Positions 9,556 to 19,886 of a DNA stretch of 40,956 nucleotides are shown one piece after another; the stretch's first letter is position 1; every line of letters starts with the position of its first letter. This DNA is from an uncultured Gemmatimonadales bacterium (GTDB lineage: Bacteria; Gemmatimonadota; Gemmatimonadetes; Gemmatimonadales; GWC2-71-9). A program made the translations under genes and the position numbers. The stretch spans positions 1 to 40,956 of the forward strand of contig CAWJMT010000025.1 of NCBI GenBank assembly GCA_963844035.1, given 5' to 3'. The notes beneath the pieces were generated by a model. It was not told where the DNA came from. It saw only the letters and a list, made by a program, of their open reading frames with translations, and made no database searches.

Positions 9556-9861
9556 CTAGTGCGGCGGCGACGCCGAGTGGGGGTCCATTGTATTGTCGCG
9601 GGTAGGCTCGGGACCCCGCTCGATGTAGGAGGCGTGCCGGCTGCAGCTCTGGCACGTCAGGGTGATCCGCTCCGAACGGGCGACCATGAGCAGGTCTCGC
9701 GCGCCCCGGCGTCGCGGCACCCGCTGTATTGAGCGGGTCCCACAAGAAGGGCAGACCAGGTGATCATGCTCCCGATCTGCCGCGATCAGCGCCAACGCCT
9801 CCGGCGCCCGATACTCCTTAATGCCGCGTCGCCCCACGTGTTGCCTGCACCTCCGACCCAC
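9556..9861 (-). CDS. small zinc-ribbon-like protein (start uncertain)
   Basis: CPSC and CQSC pairs; same strand, directly upstream of infA. Confidence 0.55.
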   Translation of the reverse strand: MGRRCRQHVGRRGIKEYRAPEALALIAADREHDHLVCPSCGTRSIQRVPRRRGARDLLMVARSERITLTCQSCSRHASYIERGPEPTRDNTMDPHSASPPH

Positions 9862-10061
9862 AATCTAGCCTTTCACAGAAAAGTGAGCAAAGGAGCCCCC
9901 CCAAGGCCGTATCTCTCTGCGGTTCCAGACGTTGCCATGGGTCACCCGGTACGTGAGCGCGCTCACACGCAAGGATCCCCGGGTGTCACGGCGCGTAACC
10001 CCCCATTTCACTATGATGTACGCTCTTCCATCGGTGACCAATTCGCTTGAGGTCTGAACGT

Positions 10062-11405
10062 ATGCTCGCGCCCTTCAGGGACGAGGCGGCAGTCTGTGTC
10101 GCCGTCGTCCTGGCGGCGTTTCTGCTGGTCGGTTGCGCGGGTGGGCCCACCCCCGGCAGCACGACCCCTGAAACCTTGGCCGCGCTCGAGGCCCAGGTGG
10201 CGCAGCACCCCACTGACGCCACCAGGAATCTTCGCCTCGCCAAGGCGTACCATGCCGCCGGCCGGTTCGCCGATGCCCGCCGCACGGTCGGAACGGCGGT
10301 CCGCCTGCAGCCCGCGAACGTCGAAGCGCAGGTGTACCTGGGCCTGAGCTATGAAGGGCTCATGCAATACGATTCGGCCCGGGCGGTCTACGCGGGATTA
10401 CTGGCGTCCCACCCGCGCGGAAGTGTGCAGCGACTGTTGTCCGGACGGCTCGCAGTATTGACCCGGCTCGAGCTGCGCGCCGCAGCGCGCGACGCGATCG
10501 CGCGCGAATCGCTGATCTCGCAGACGCCGCCCGACCCCCATACCGTCGCGGTTATGACGTTTCGCTACACGGGCAGCGATAGCTCTTTCCGCCCCCTGGA
10601 GCGCGGCCTGGCGGCCCTGGTCGTCACGGATCTCTCGCGGGTTCGCCAGCTCAAGGTGGTGGAGCGGGCACGGCTCGAGGCACTGCTCGATGAGCTGCAA
10701 TTGGCCCGGAGCGATCGGATCGACGTCGCGACCGGGGCGCGGTCGGGCCGCCTGGTCAGGGCGGCGGAGGTCGTGCAGGGCCAATTCTCCATCGGCCCCT
10801 CGTCCCAACTCCGGATGGACGCAACGGTGGTGCGGGCCACGGACGCCCAAGTGACGGCGTCAGGCTCAAATTCGGACCGGCTCCAGGCGCTGTTCGATAT
10901 TGAGAAGGCTGTGGTCTTCCAGCTGCTCGCGAAGCTTGGGATCACGTTGACCCCAGCCGAACGGGTCGCGATCAGCGAGCGGCCGACGCGCGACATCCAG
11001 GCGTTCCTGCTGTACAGTCGCGGCCTCGAAACGGGGGACCGTGGCGACTTCGCGGCCGCCGCGGGTTTCTTCGGCGCTGCCGCGCGCCTCGATCCCGGTT
11101 TCAGCGCAGCTGCACAGCAGGCTGCGGCAAGCGACGCGGCCCAGGCGGCGAGCAGCGTCACGCCGGCCGACCTGGCGGCAACGATCGCGAGCAGCGCGGC
11201 CGCGGCGCCCCGTCAGGGCACGCTCGCCAGCGGCATCAACAGCGCGGTACCGACGGGCACGGGCGCGATCGACGCCGTCTCTACGTCCACCACGCCCAGG
11301 GTTCCCTCGACTGAGACCGACCGCGTCTGCGAGGCCGCGACGTGCGACGGACCGGCCCGTGCGGCCCTCGTCGGCAGCGTCATCATCACCGTCAAGGTGC
11401 CATGA
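10062..11405 (+). CDS. TPR + CsgG/HfaB-like lipoprotein
   Basis: lipobox LVGC; N-terminal TPRs; TVAVMTF...GLAALVVTDLS..LKVVERARL..LLDEL CsgG/TolB-N-like core; GAGGT before ATG 10062. Confidence 0.8.
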   Translation: MLAPFRDEAAVCVAVVLAAFLLVGCAGGPTPGSTTPETLAALEAQVAQHPTDATRNLRLAKAYHAAGRFADARRTVGTAVRLQPANVEAQVYLGLSYEGLMQYDSARAVYAGLLASHPRGSVQRLLSGRLAVLTRLELRAAARDAIARESLISQTPPDPHTVAVMTFRYTGSDSSFRPLERGLAALVVTDLSRVRQLKVVERARLEALLDELQLARSDRIDVATGARSGRLVRAAEVVQGQFSIGPSSQLRMDATVVRATDAQVTASGSNSDRLQALFDIEKAVVFQLLAKLGITLTPAERVAISERPTRDIQAFLLYSRGLETGDRGDFAAAAGFFGAAARLDPGFSAAAQQAAASDAAQAASSVTPADLAATIASSAAAAPRQGTLASGINSAVPTGTGAIDAVSTSTTPRVPSTETDRVCEAATCDGPARAALVGSVIITVKVP

Positions 11406-12544
11406 GCCAAGCGAAGCGGTTGCCGCAAACGCTGAGCCTTGTGGCGCTCGCCGTCGTGTGGTCGGCAGGCGGCCTTGCCGCGCAGGGCTCGGACGCTTTG
11501 TACGCGCGCTTCAACGCACTGAGCGGCTGGGAAATGAGGGGCTACACGTTTGATCCGGGGATCGGCACGAAATCCGTGTCTCAGTGGAATGTGCCCTTCG
11601 TCGCGGTCGCACCGCTTGGCCGGAGGATGTCGCTGGACCTGACGACCTACTACGTGAGCGGCACCGTTGAGACGTACGGGGGCACCACGGAAACGTTGTC
11701 GGGGATGACGGACACCCAGCTCCGCCTGCTCTATACCATGAGCCGCGACCGGTTGGTCGGTTCAGTGTCGTTCAACCTGCCCACCGGTGCGCACGCGGCA
11801 TCGACCAGCCAGTACCAGGTGGCCGGCGCGGTCGGCAGCACGTACCTGTCGTTTCCAGTCTCGAACGCCGGCACCGCATTTGGAGTGACCGGGGGCGCCG
11901 CCTACGCGCAGCGGGTGGGAGGGTGGAACACCGGCCTGTCGGGCAGCGTGCGCTATCTGGGCAGCTACGCGCCATTCGCCGACGACGCCCTGTCGTACCG
12001 GCCCGGGGTCGAGGGGCGCGTGCGGGCGGGTGTGGAACGGGTGCTGGGCCGGCAGGCGCGCCTGCTGTTTGGCGCGACCGTGAGCACGTTCTCGACCGAC
12101 ACCTACGGCGGCTCGACCGCCCTGGCGAGCGGATCGTACGCGCCGGGGACCAGAGTCATCGGCGAGCTCGCGTTCGTGCGCGTCATCGGGCGATCCACGC
12201 TGACGCTCGCGGCCTGGGACTTCTACCGGCTGGCGGGCGACACCAGCGGCGTCTCGAATCCGGACACCAAAGAGAACGTCCTCAACAGCGAGCTGCGCCT
12301 CACATTCCCGATTGCGCCGCGGGTCCGGGTGGAGCCGATGGTGGCATACCGCCAATGGAACCCGTCCGACTACCTGGGCGGGCGGCTGACATCCGGTGGT
12401 CTGCGGCTGCTGGCGGGACTGACGGATCGCTTGTCGGCGGCGCTGGCGGGTCGCTACGACGCCGGCTGGATCTACGACCGAGCGAGCGGCCGGGCGTCGC
12501 TGCAGGGGTATGGGGCGTCGCTGATCGTACGGTTTGAGCAGTAA
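11402..12544 (+). CDS. outer-membrane beta-barrel protein, unknown function
   Basis: ATGA overlap with the upstream gene; signal peptide; many amphipathic strands; C-terminal GYGASLIVRF. Confidence 0.7.
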   Translation: MSQAKRLPQTLSLVALAVVWSAGGLAAQGSDALYARFNALSGWEMRGYTFDPGIGTKSVSQWNVPFVAVAPLGRRMSLDLTTYYVSGTVETYGGTTETLSGMTDTQLRLLYTMSRDRLVGSVSFNLPTGAHAASTSQYQVAGAVGSTYLSFPVSNAGTAFGVTGGAAYAQRVGGWNTGLSGSVRYLGSYAPFADDALSYRPGVEGRVRAGVERVLGRQARLLFGATVSTFSTDTYGGSTALASGSYAPGTRVIGELAFVRVIGRSTLTLAAWDFYRLAGDTSGVSNPDTKENVLNSELRLTFPIAPRVRVEPMVAYRQWNPSDYLGGRLTSGGLRLLAGLTDRLSAALAGRYDAGWIYDRASGRASLQGYGASLIVRFEQ

Positions 12545-12595
12545 CGCATGGCGGGGCAATTGGTTGAACCGGGGGTGGGTGGGGTGTCGTTTTGC

Positions 12596-12624
12596 TTGAC
12601 GCCCCAGCAGGGGCATGGTAGCTT
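12596..12624 (+). promoter_or_regulatory. sigma-70-type promoter
   Basis: TTGACG-17 nt-TAGCTT upstream of ATG 12658. Confidence 0.6.
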
Positions 12625-12657
12625 GGCGCGACCTTCAGCGTCGGAGAACCACATTCG

Positions 12658-12978
12658 ATGCCAGCCGAACTCGGCGGGTCGCAGATTTCCTCGCTGCTCG
12701 AAGCCCTCCCCGGCATTGCAAGCGTTTTGCGGAGCCCGGTTGCGGACGCGCTTGTCATAGCGATCCGTGCCGCGGCCGGGATGGGGGAATTTTCGGCGGA
12801 GGATGCCGAGGAGCTGGTACGGTACGCAGTGCGCCGGGGCCTAATCGGGTCTGATGAAGGCGATCGCGTACTGGCGGATGTGGATGCCGGGTTGAAGGCG
12901 AAGCGCAAGGCGGCGCGCGGCGCCAAAGCCAAGGCGAGTCCCAAGAAATCGGAGAAGAAGAAGAAGTCTCGCCGCTGA
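12658..12978 (+). CDS. phasin-like (PhaF-type) protein with Lys-rich tail
   Basis: AAAGMGEFSAEDAEELVRYAVRRGLIGSDEG resembles the granule-associated phasin pattern (AG.G...E.AEELV...V.KG.L...EG); basic tail KAKRKAARGAKAKASPKKSEKKKKSRR. Confidence 0.5.
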   Translation: MPAELGGSQISSLLEALPGIASVLRSPVADALVIAIRAAAGMGEFSAEDAEELVRYAVRRGLIGSDEGDRVLADVDAGLKAKRKAARGAKAKASPKKSEKKKKSRR

Positions 12979-12987
12979 ACGGGCGCC

Positions 12988-15126
12988 GTGAGTCGAATGC
13001 TGAGAATCGGAGCCAGCTGTGCGCTGGCTCTACTTGTCATCACCTGCACTGAGCAGACCCTCACCGGGCCCAACGGTACGGGGGTCGCCGCGCTCAATTT
13101 TTCGGCGTTTGCAACTACGTCTACCGCGGTGCAGGCGGAGAGCCTGGAGATCACCCTCCAGCGCCCCGCCGATGCGTCCGTAGCCCTCGACAGCGTGCTC
13201 CCTCTGGCCATGGCTGCCAACGGCGACTCGGCGGTGGTCAAGCTCACCGTGGTGCTGCGCCAGACCCCCGAGGATTTCCTGCTCTCGGTCCGTGTCTTTG
13301 GGGCCGGTATCACCTGGTACACCGGCTCGTCCACCATACGCCTCACCTCCGGCCGTGTGGCCACCCCGACTGCGCTCGTGGTGCAATACGTCGGCCCGGG
13401 CGCGAAGGCGGCATGGATCGCCCTGGCCCCGAGGGACACGACCGCCGTCGGGGGCGTACCGTTCCCGCTGCAGGCCCTCGTCTACGACAGCGGCGCACAA
13501 GTGATCGCAGGGGTACCGGTCGCCTATCGCGTGAGCGACCCATCGCTTGCAGCGGTTACGCATCCGGCGCCCAACACAGCCGTCTTCACGGGCAAGCCGG
13601 GAGTGCCCGACAGCGTCTGGGTCGTCGCCGAGACGCCGACGCATCTCAAAGACTCGACACGGGTGTACATCGTTCCGACCATCCCGGTCGGCACGGTAGC
13701 CATCGTGCCCAAGGTCGACACGATCGAGAATGGCACGACCGTCCAGTACACGGCCATTGCTACCGACGCCGCGCAAAACCCGCTGACCACGACCTTCGGG
13801 TGGACGTCCACAGACCCCTCGGTTGCGACCGTGAGCAGCACTGGCCTTGCGACAGCGCACGCCGGGGACTCGACCATGATCATCGCCTCGGCAGGGAGCG
13901 TGGCGGACACTGCCTGGCTGTACGTGCGCGCCTTGCAGTCGATCACGTTGAGTCCCTCCGATACCATCGTCACCGCTGTCGGGGACTTCGTGGACCTCAC
14001 GGCTTCGGTGGTCTACAACTTCGACTTCATCACGGGGGGCTCTGTGAGCCGCCCGGGTCCGGGTGCTTTCGGCGTGATCACCGCCGCCGGCGGGAATATC
14101 CGCTTCACCTCGGCTTCGCCGAGCGTTGCCACGGTGGACCGCCTCACCGGCCGGGTCACGCTCATCGGTCCCGGGGACGCCGTTATTGTCGCAGGCGATT
14201 CAGCGGCATCGAGCGACTCCTTGATTCGCGGCTTCGCGACGCTGCACGTGAATCAAGTAACGGCTGGGATCGTCAGCAGCCCCAAGAGTCCGGTGATCAT
14301 CGGTGTCGATGGGAAGATCCAGCTCACCGCGACCGCCGTCGACGCGAACGGTTATCCGGTCAAGGGGAAGGCCTTCTCGTGGATAGCGCGGCTCGACACG
14401 ATCACCGGCGGGCAGCCCGTGAGCGTCACGAGCACCGGGCTGGTGACGGGCGTGGCGAATGGCTCAGCCTATGTGGTGGCCTCGCTCATCGAGGACACGA
14501 CGTTCAAGGACTCGACGGAGGTGATCGTCAGCGGCAATCCACCCACGCAGCTGCGGTGGGCGTTCGACTCGATCACCGTCGGGAAGGGCGGCACGACCTG
14601 GGTCGGTCTCTCGGTGACGGTTCCGACCACCAGAGATCTGACGATCGAGGTCAAATCGAGTGATGACAAGATCGTGGTGGCGAGGACGAGCACGGTGACG
14701 ATTCCCGCGGGGCTGTCGAGCACAATGGTCGAGGTCGAGGGGTTAGAGATTGGCCGTGGGGTCCTCACAGCGCACGATCTCGGTGGACCCGGGCCAAGCT
14801 ATGACGATGCGGTGATGACTGTGGAGGTGGCCTCCACCGACCTGCCATCCCTGATGCTCAATTCGGACATCAGCTTGAGCATCGGCAAGGCGGTCCAGAC
14901 CTACGTCCGCATCCCGTTCCCAGCCCCGGCGGACGTCACCGTGAGCTTGGACGGGGGACTTCTCTTGGACGTTCCCAAGACGGTCACGATCCGGAAGGGC
15001 ACTGATGTGGCCTATTTCGACATTTCCGCGCTGTTGCTGGGGATCGGCATTCTGAAGGCGAGCGCACCGGGATATCGAGATGCCGCCGCCGTCAGCATCC
15101 AGATTCAACTCCTCGAGGGCCTCTAG
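12988..15126 (+). CDS. Ig-like (Big_2) repeat surface lipoprotein
   Basis: signal peptide ending VITC; repeated [14 protein letters not shown] / [12 protein letters not shown] motifs; Thr/Val-rich. Confidence 0.85.
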   Translation: MSRMLRIGASCALALLVITCTEQTLTGPNGTGVAALNFSAFATTSTAVQAESLEITLQRPADASVALDSVLPLAMAANGDSAVVKLTVVLRQTPEDFLLSVRVFGAGITWYTGSSTIRLTSGRVATPTALVVQYVGPGAKAAWIALAPRDTTAVGGVPFPLQALVYDSGAQVIAGVPVAYRVSDPSLAAVTHPAPNTAVFTGKPGVPDSVWVVAETPTHLKDSTRVYIVPTIPVGTVAIVPKVDTIENGTTVQYTAIATDAAQNPLTTTFGWTSTDPSVATVSSTGLATAHAGDSTMIIASAGSVADTAWLYVRALQSITLSPSDTIVTAVGDFVDLTASVVYNFDFITGGSVSRPGPGAFGVITAAGGNIRFTSASPSVATVDRLTGRVTLIGPGDAVIVAGDSAASSDSLIRGFATLHVNQVTAGIVSSPKSPVIIGVDGKIQLTATAVDANGYPVKGKAFSWIARLDTITGGQPVSVTSTGLVTGVANGSAYVVASLIEDTTFKDSTEVIVSGNPPTQLRWAFDSITVGKGGTTWVGLSVTVPTTRDLTIEVKSSDDKIVVARTSTVTIPAGLSSTMVEVEGLEIGRGVLTAHDLGGPGPSYDDAVMTVEVASTDLPSLMLNSDISLSIGKAVQTYVRIPFPAPADVTVSLDGGLLLDVPKTVTIRKGTDVAYFDISALLLGIGILKASAPGYRDAAAVSIQIQLLEGL

Positions 15127-16817
15127 ACCCGGAAGCCCTTCACCAGGCCCCGCAGCTTCTCGGCCGCCTGGAGGAGATGCGCGGCCGAGGCGGCCATCTC
15201 CTCGGTAGAGGCTCCCTGCTCCTGCGCCGCGGCGGTGACTTGCTGCGCGCTCGAAGCATGCGCCACGGCGCGGCTGGCGACCTGTTGCGCCTGCTGCTGG
15301 AGCCGCTCGGTGATTTCCCGGTACTGCTGAGCGGTCGCCGCCACCGTCGTGGCCGCCTGCTCCACCTGCTCCACCGCGGCGGCGATTTCTCCGAGACCAC
15401 GCGCGGCCCCCCCGGCGACATCCTCGATGCCGCGCACCTTGGCTGTACCGGCTGCCATGGTCGCCGTCACGTCTTCGACCTGATCGCGGATGGCGTTCGT
15501 CGTGAGCGTAACGTCCTCGGCCGCCCTTGCCGACTCGTCGGCCAGCTGGCGCACTTCCTCCGCGACGACGGCGAACCCGCGCCCGTGTTCGCCGGCACGC
15601 GCCGCCTCGATCGCCGCATTCAGCGCCAGCAGGTTTGTCTGGGAGGAGATCCGGCGGATCAGGTCGACGAAGTCGTCAATCGCGGCCATCTCCTTGGCGA
15701 GCTCCAAGATCTGCTTGGAGGTGGTCTGCACGACCTCCCGCACGTCGAGGAGCACGGTCGAGGCGGCCGCCACGCTTCCCCGATGGCGGTCGGCGACGGT
15801 GCGGATCTCTTCGCCGAGCTGAGCGACGCGCTCCGCGGCTTCTGCGGCCTCGCCCGTCGCGACGCGCAACCGGTCGAGACCTCCACCGATCGTGGCCAGC
15901 TCGGCGCGCTGCTCCTCCGCGCCGTGTGATATGTCCACCATGGCCGTGGATACCTGGCTCGAAGACGCAGCCAACTCTTCACTGATCGCCGAGAGATCGG
16001 TCGCCGAGCCGGCAATGCGGTCGGACTCACTGATCACATTGGCCACGATGGCGCGCAGCCGGTCTCCCATCACGCGCATCGTATCGGCGAGCACTTGGAT
16101 ATCCAACGGCATGTGCCCGGTGGTCACGGGGCGCAGGTCACCGTTGCCGAACCGCTCGGCCGCCGTCACCACGCGTCCTAACGGGCCCTCGACCGACTGC
16201 AGGGTCCAGTATCCGACCAGCACCGTGGCGATCACGACCGAAGCCAGGCCGAGGTAGAGGTACACCTCCCAGCGTGCCGTGCGCGCCGCAACGCGCTGCT
16301 GAGACTGGTGCGCGTTTTGGGCCAGTGCCACCGAGAACGTGCGCACCAGGCGGGTCAGCTCGGCCGCGGGTTTGAGCACGTCGATGGCCGCTGCTCGCGC
16401 CGCCTCAACTCGTTTCAGGTCATTGAGCGCGTGCGCGATCGCGTAGTCGGCTTCGATGGTTGCGCGGAGCTCTCTGATCTTGTTGGTGGTAAGCCGCTGC
16501 TCCAACGTCAGTCCTGGGAGCCGGTTCAGCTCGCGGGCGAATTCAAAACTTTGCTCCGCTGCATCGTGAAACTGGGCTCGCAGTGCCTCCGTGGGGGTGA
16601 TGAGATATTGCTGGCCCGTGTTGATCTGCCGGAACACGCCGGTCACGAGCCCGCTCGCCACGTCCCCGGTGCGTTGGGTCGTTTCGAGCAGCGCGGCCTC
16701 CGAGCGCCGGATGGTTCGCAGCGTGTACACACTGAATGCCGCACCGCAGATACTGGCGCATCCGAGCAACGCCAGGCCGCCCAGGATTCGAGCGCGGATG
16801 GTATCCAAGGCGATCAT
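15123..16817 (-). CDS. methyl-accepting chemotaxis protein
   Basis: two TMs, [38 protein letters not shown]. Confidence 0.95.
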   Translation of the reverse strand: MIALDTIRARILGGLALLGCASICGAAFSVYTLRTIRRSEAALLETTQRTGDVASGLVTGVFRQINTGQQYLITPTEALRAQFHDAAEQSFEFARELNRLPGLTLEQRLTTNKIRELRATIEADYAIAHALNDLKRVEAARAAAIDVLKPAAELTRLVRTFSVALAQNAHQSQQRVAARTARWEVYLYLGLASVVIATVLVGYWTLQSVEGPLGRVVTAAERFGNGDLRPVTTGHMPLDIQVLADTMRVMGDRLRAIVANVISESDRIAGSATDLSAISEELAASSSQVSTAMVDISHGAEEQRAELATIGGGLDRLRVATGEAAEAAERVAQLGEEIRTVADRHRGSVAAASTVLLDVREVVQTTSKQILELAKEMAAIDDFVDLIRRISSQTNLLALNAAIEAARAGEHGRGFAVVAEEVRQLADESARAAEDVTLTTNAIRDQVEDVTATMAAGTAKVRGIEDVAGGAARGLGEIAAAVEQVEQAATTVAATAQQYREITERLQQQAQQVASRAVAHASSAQQVTAAAQEQGASTEEMAASAAHLLQAAEKLRGLVKGFRV

Positions 16818-17932
16818 TCGCCCACCTCCGCGACCAGGCGCCCGCCCCGCACCACGGCGATCAGCACGCCCTTGGACGGCGCGTTGCCCGCGTCGTCGAA
16901 AGCGATAGTGCCCGTGACGCCTTCGAACGCGGGGAGTCCGCGGCCGACGCTCGCCACATAGTCGCGCACGGCGCGCCGGCCGGGGCCGGCCGTGCCGATC
17001 GCTTGAGCGAGCAGGTTGACGACATCGTAGGCGCCCGCCGCACGGTGATCGGGGCGCTGGCCCGCATATGCGCGTGCAAACTCGGCGACGAAGACGGCGT
17101 TCTTTTCGCCCGCGCGGTCCGGAAGGTAGGCGGCGGAGATCCGCAGCCCCTCGGCGAGGGTGCCCTCGGTCTCGATTCCGGTGAGGGCGTCGCCGCCGAG
17201 CACGGGCCAGCGGATCCCCAGCGCGCGTTGCTCCCGGAGCGCCAGCTCCGCTCCCCTGCGGTCAGCCGCAAGAAGCAGGGCGTCGATCCCGACCTGCCGC
17301 ATCCTGGACAGGTATGGCTCGAGGGAGCCGGTGGTCGCCACGTAGGGATCCGACTCCACCACGAGGCCGCCCAGACGCGCGAAATCCGCTGCGAAACTCC
17401 TGCGCACCCCGCGGCCATACGCGTCACTGATGAACAGAATCCCGACGCGGCGAGCGGCAAGGGTTTGCCAGGCGAACCTCGCCAGGGCTGCACCGTGGTT
17501 CGAGTCCGACGGACAGATGCGGAAGACGTAAGGGCTGATTCCGCTCAGGTCCGGGCTCGACGCCGCGGGCGAGATCATGGTGATGGGGCTGAAGCCCCCG
17601 CCGTACACCTGGGCGGCGGCGATCGATGCATCTGATGTGAGGTGGCCGACGACGGCCACGACGGCGGGGTTGTCGTAGAACGCCTGTGCGACCCGGACGG
17701 CGGCGTCCTCGTTGGCGCTGTCGTCGGCAAGGCGGAGTTTCAGAGTCCGCCCGCGCACGCCACCGCGCGCGTTGATTTGGTCGATCGCGAGCTGTGCACC
17801 CCGCTGCATCGCGAGGCCCCGCGGCTGCGAAAACGGCCCCGCGAGACCGATTTCAATCGGCCCGCCGGAGCGGGAGCACGCCGCGCACGAAAGCACGGCG
17901 CCGACGAGAGCGACGGTTCGTGTAGTGATCAC
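16814..17932 (-). CDS. branched-chain amino acid (LivK-type) substrate-binding lipoprotein
   Basis: [43 protein letters not shown]; overlaps the MCP start. Confidence 0.9.
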   Translation of the reverse strand: MITTRTVALVGAVLSCAACSRSGGPIEIGLAGPFSQPRGLAMQRGAQLAIDQINARGGVRGRTLKLRLADDSANEDAAVRVAQAFYDNPAVVAVVGHLTSDASIAAAQVYGGGFSPITMISPAASSPDLSGISPYVFRICPSDSNHGAALARFAWQTLAARRVGILFISDAYGRGVRRSFAADFARLGGLVVESDPYVATTGSLEPYLSRMRQVGIDALLLAADRRGAELALREQRALGIRWPVLGGDALTGIETEGTLAEGLRISAAYLPDRAGEKNAVFVAEFARAYAGQRPDHRAAGAYDVVNLLAQAIGTAGPGRRAVRDYVASVGRGLPAFEGVTGTIAFDDAGNAPSKGVLIAVVRGGRLVAEVGE

Positions 17933-18057
17933 AGTGTCGGTCGGGTGCGGGCAAGGTTAAGGCCCGTGGCACGGAATTGCAACATGACCATCCCCTTAAG
18001 CTCGGAGCGGGCAACGGGTTGGGGCACCCCGCGCTGGGTCCACACCCGCCCACACAA

Positions 18058-18075
18058 TTTTCCACGTGTGGAAAA
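18058..18075. promoter_or_regulatory. adjacent inverted DnaA-box-like 9-mers
   Basis: TTTTCCACG + TGTGGAAAA (reverse complement TTTTCCACA fits TTWTNCACA). Confidence 0.45.
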
Positions 18076-18146
18076 GGTGATCCCCCATGCACCGGGCCTC
18101 CCCCCGCCCTCGCCAGGCGACGCTGGGGGCGTATTTTTCGCCCTTC

Positions 18147-18989
18147 ATGGAAGCAGTGCTGCGAGTCTGCCGCTTCGCGGGCGCCTTGGAGCGTCTGTTG
18201 ACCGCTCGTGATGCGGTGACCTTCGAATCCACCTGGACCGTGCAGGATCTGGACCGGCTCGGCTGGGATGCGCTCGCGCTCGCCCGTCGCACCAACGAGT
18301 TGGCGTTGGAGCCGGCGCTGGCGCAGGTCGATCGGCGCCTCTTGGCGCTGCTCGATCGCAGTCGGGCGTTTCTCGAGCGACACGTCCTGACGTTTCGCGT
18401 GCCGGAGCTCGAACGGTGGCAGCACGCGGCGGCGGCGGCGCTTGTCGGGGTCCGCTGGGGCGTGGCGGGGCTTCGCACCGTCGTCGCGGACACGGTCGCG
18501 CCGCGCGCGCGGCGCTACTTTGCTTTCCTTGCGCTGGCTGAACGGCACCCGGAAGGCGCGTGGCCGCTGTTCGAGCGCTATCTGGTCACCCCCAATGCCC
18601 ACTACGCATTCGTCGGTGCGGCGGTAGCGGCGGCACGCTACTACGAGGGGCACGCGGACGTGCTCGTACGGCTGTTCGAGCGGATCCGGGGCGACTTGAT
18701 GCTGCGTCGCTTCCTGAGCCCGCGGATCCTCGAGTCGCTGTACGTCCTCGGGGATCGAGAGAGCCTGCCGTTATTCGAGAGCCTGCTGATCGCCGGCCAC
18801 ACCGACGCGGACGCGGACCGCTGCGAGGTCACCCGCGCGCTGGTCGCGGTGCGCAAACTGACGGGCCGCGTGGCACCGAACTCGAAGTTTGGTGACGCAG
18901 ATACGCCGGCCGTACGGCGGGCGTTGGACGAGGCCGAGCGACAGTTTGACGCTGAGCGAGACCGCATCGTGCCGGTCACCGTGATCTGA
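18147..18989 (+). CDS. hypothetical alpha-helical (HEAT-like) protein
   Basis: uninterrupted 280-aa ORF; helical amphipathic pattern; TATTTT shortly before ATG 18147. Confidence 0.7.
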   Translation: MEAVLRVCRFAGALERLLTARDAVTFESTWTVQDLDRLGWDALALARRTNELALEPALAQVDRRLLALLDRSRAFLERHVLTFRVPELERWQHAAAAALVGVRWGVAGLRTVVADTVAPRARRYFAFLALAERHPEGAWPLFERYLVTPNAHYAFVGAAVAAARYYEGHADVLVRLFERIRGDLMLRRFLSPRILESLYVLGDRESLPLFESLLIAGHTDADADRCEVTRALVAVRKLTGRVAPNSKFGDADTPAVRRALDEAERQFDAERDRIVPVTVI

Positions 18990-18994
18990 CGGGC

Positions 18995-19817
18995 CTAACG
19001 CACTCCCACCACGAATCGCGCCAGCCGATCACGATACCCATCCGCGCCGACATCATACGTGTCGTTGTGGCCCGCTCCCGGAATCGTCACGAAATCAACC
19101 GGGCCAGTTGCGGCTGCCGCCACGGTCTGCCCCATGGCAATAGGGACGAGCCGATCGTCGGTCCCGTGGAAAATCAGGACAGGGCAGCGGACCCGCCGAA
19201 TGGTGAGGGCGTTGTCGAGCTTCAGGCGCAGCAGGACGCGCGGCACCAATCCATAGTGAAGGCGCGCCATCGCCGCGGCACTCGTGAAGGGTGATTCGAG
19301 GATGAGCCCGGCGGCCGGGTGGGAGGCCGCCGTGTGGATTGCGACGGCACTGCCGAGCGAGCGGCCGTACACGTACACCCTCTGGATCTCGGGACGCCCC
19401 GCCAGGGCGGCGAAGGCGGCGTCGGCCGCCTCGTAGACGGCCGGCTCCGAGGCCCGCCCTTCGCTTCCCCCGTAGCCGGGGTAGTCCACCACCAGCAACG
19501 CCGCACCAGGGGGTTGGAACTCACGCAGGATCGGCCAGATCCGCGCGATGTTCTCACCGTTGCCGTAGAACCAGAGCAGGCCGGGCGCAGCGGCGCCGCG
19601 GGCCACCCCATTCGCCCGCAGGTACCACCCGACGAGCTTGGTCCCGCTTGTGGAGCGTGAGCTCGATGCGCTCGCCGTTCGCAATCCCCAGGCGTTGTGG
19701 GTCCGGGACGGCGCCCCGGGGTGCTGGGAAGGCGAGGCGGTCCTGGAATAGCCAGGCAAGCAGCGCCAGCACGGCATAGGCGAGGGCGAGGCCGAGGGCC
19801 ACGCGCACGACGGGCAT
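18995..19817 (-). CDS. alpha/beta hydrolase, ABHD17/Bem46-like (frameshift near 19650)
   Basis: N-terminal TM; FYGNGEN, DYPGYGGSEG, GRSLG nucleophile, HGTDD, GAGHND. Confidence 0.9.
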
Positions 19818-19886
19818 GGCGCAAGATAACCCTCTGTGGGTGCGCCGCTGTTGCCCTTGGCGGCCTCGCAGCGAATACTTTGGGCC

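Noticed and set aside
17967..17981. Sigma-54 promoter TGGCAC-ggaa-TTGCA
   Set aside because: Spacing is GG-N9-GC, one short of the strict requirement; viable only if a base is missing from the assembly
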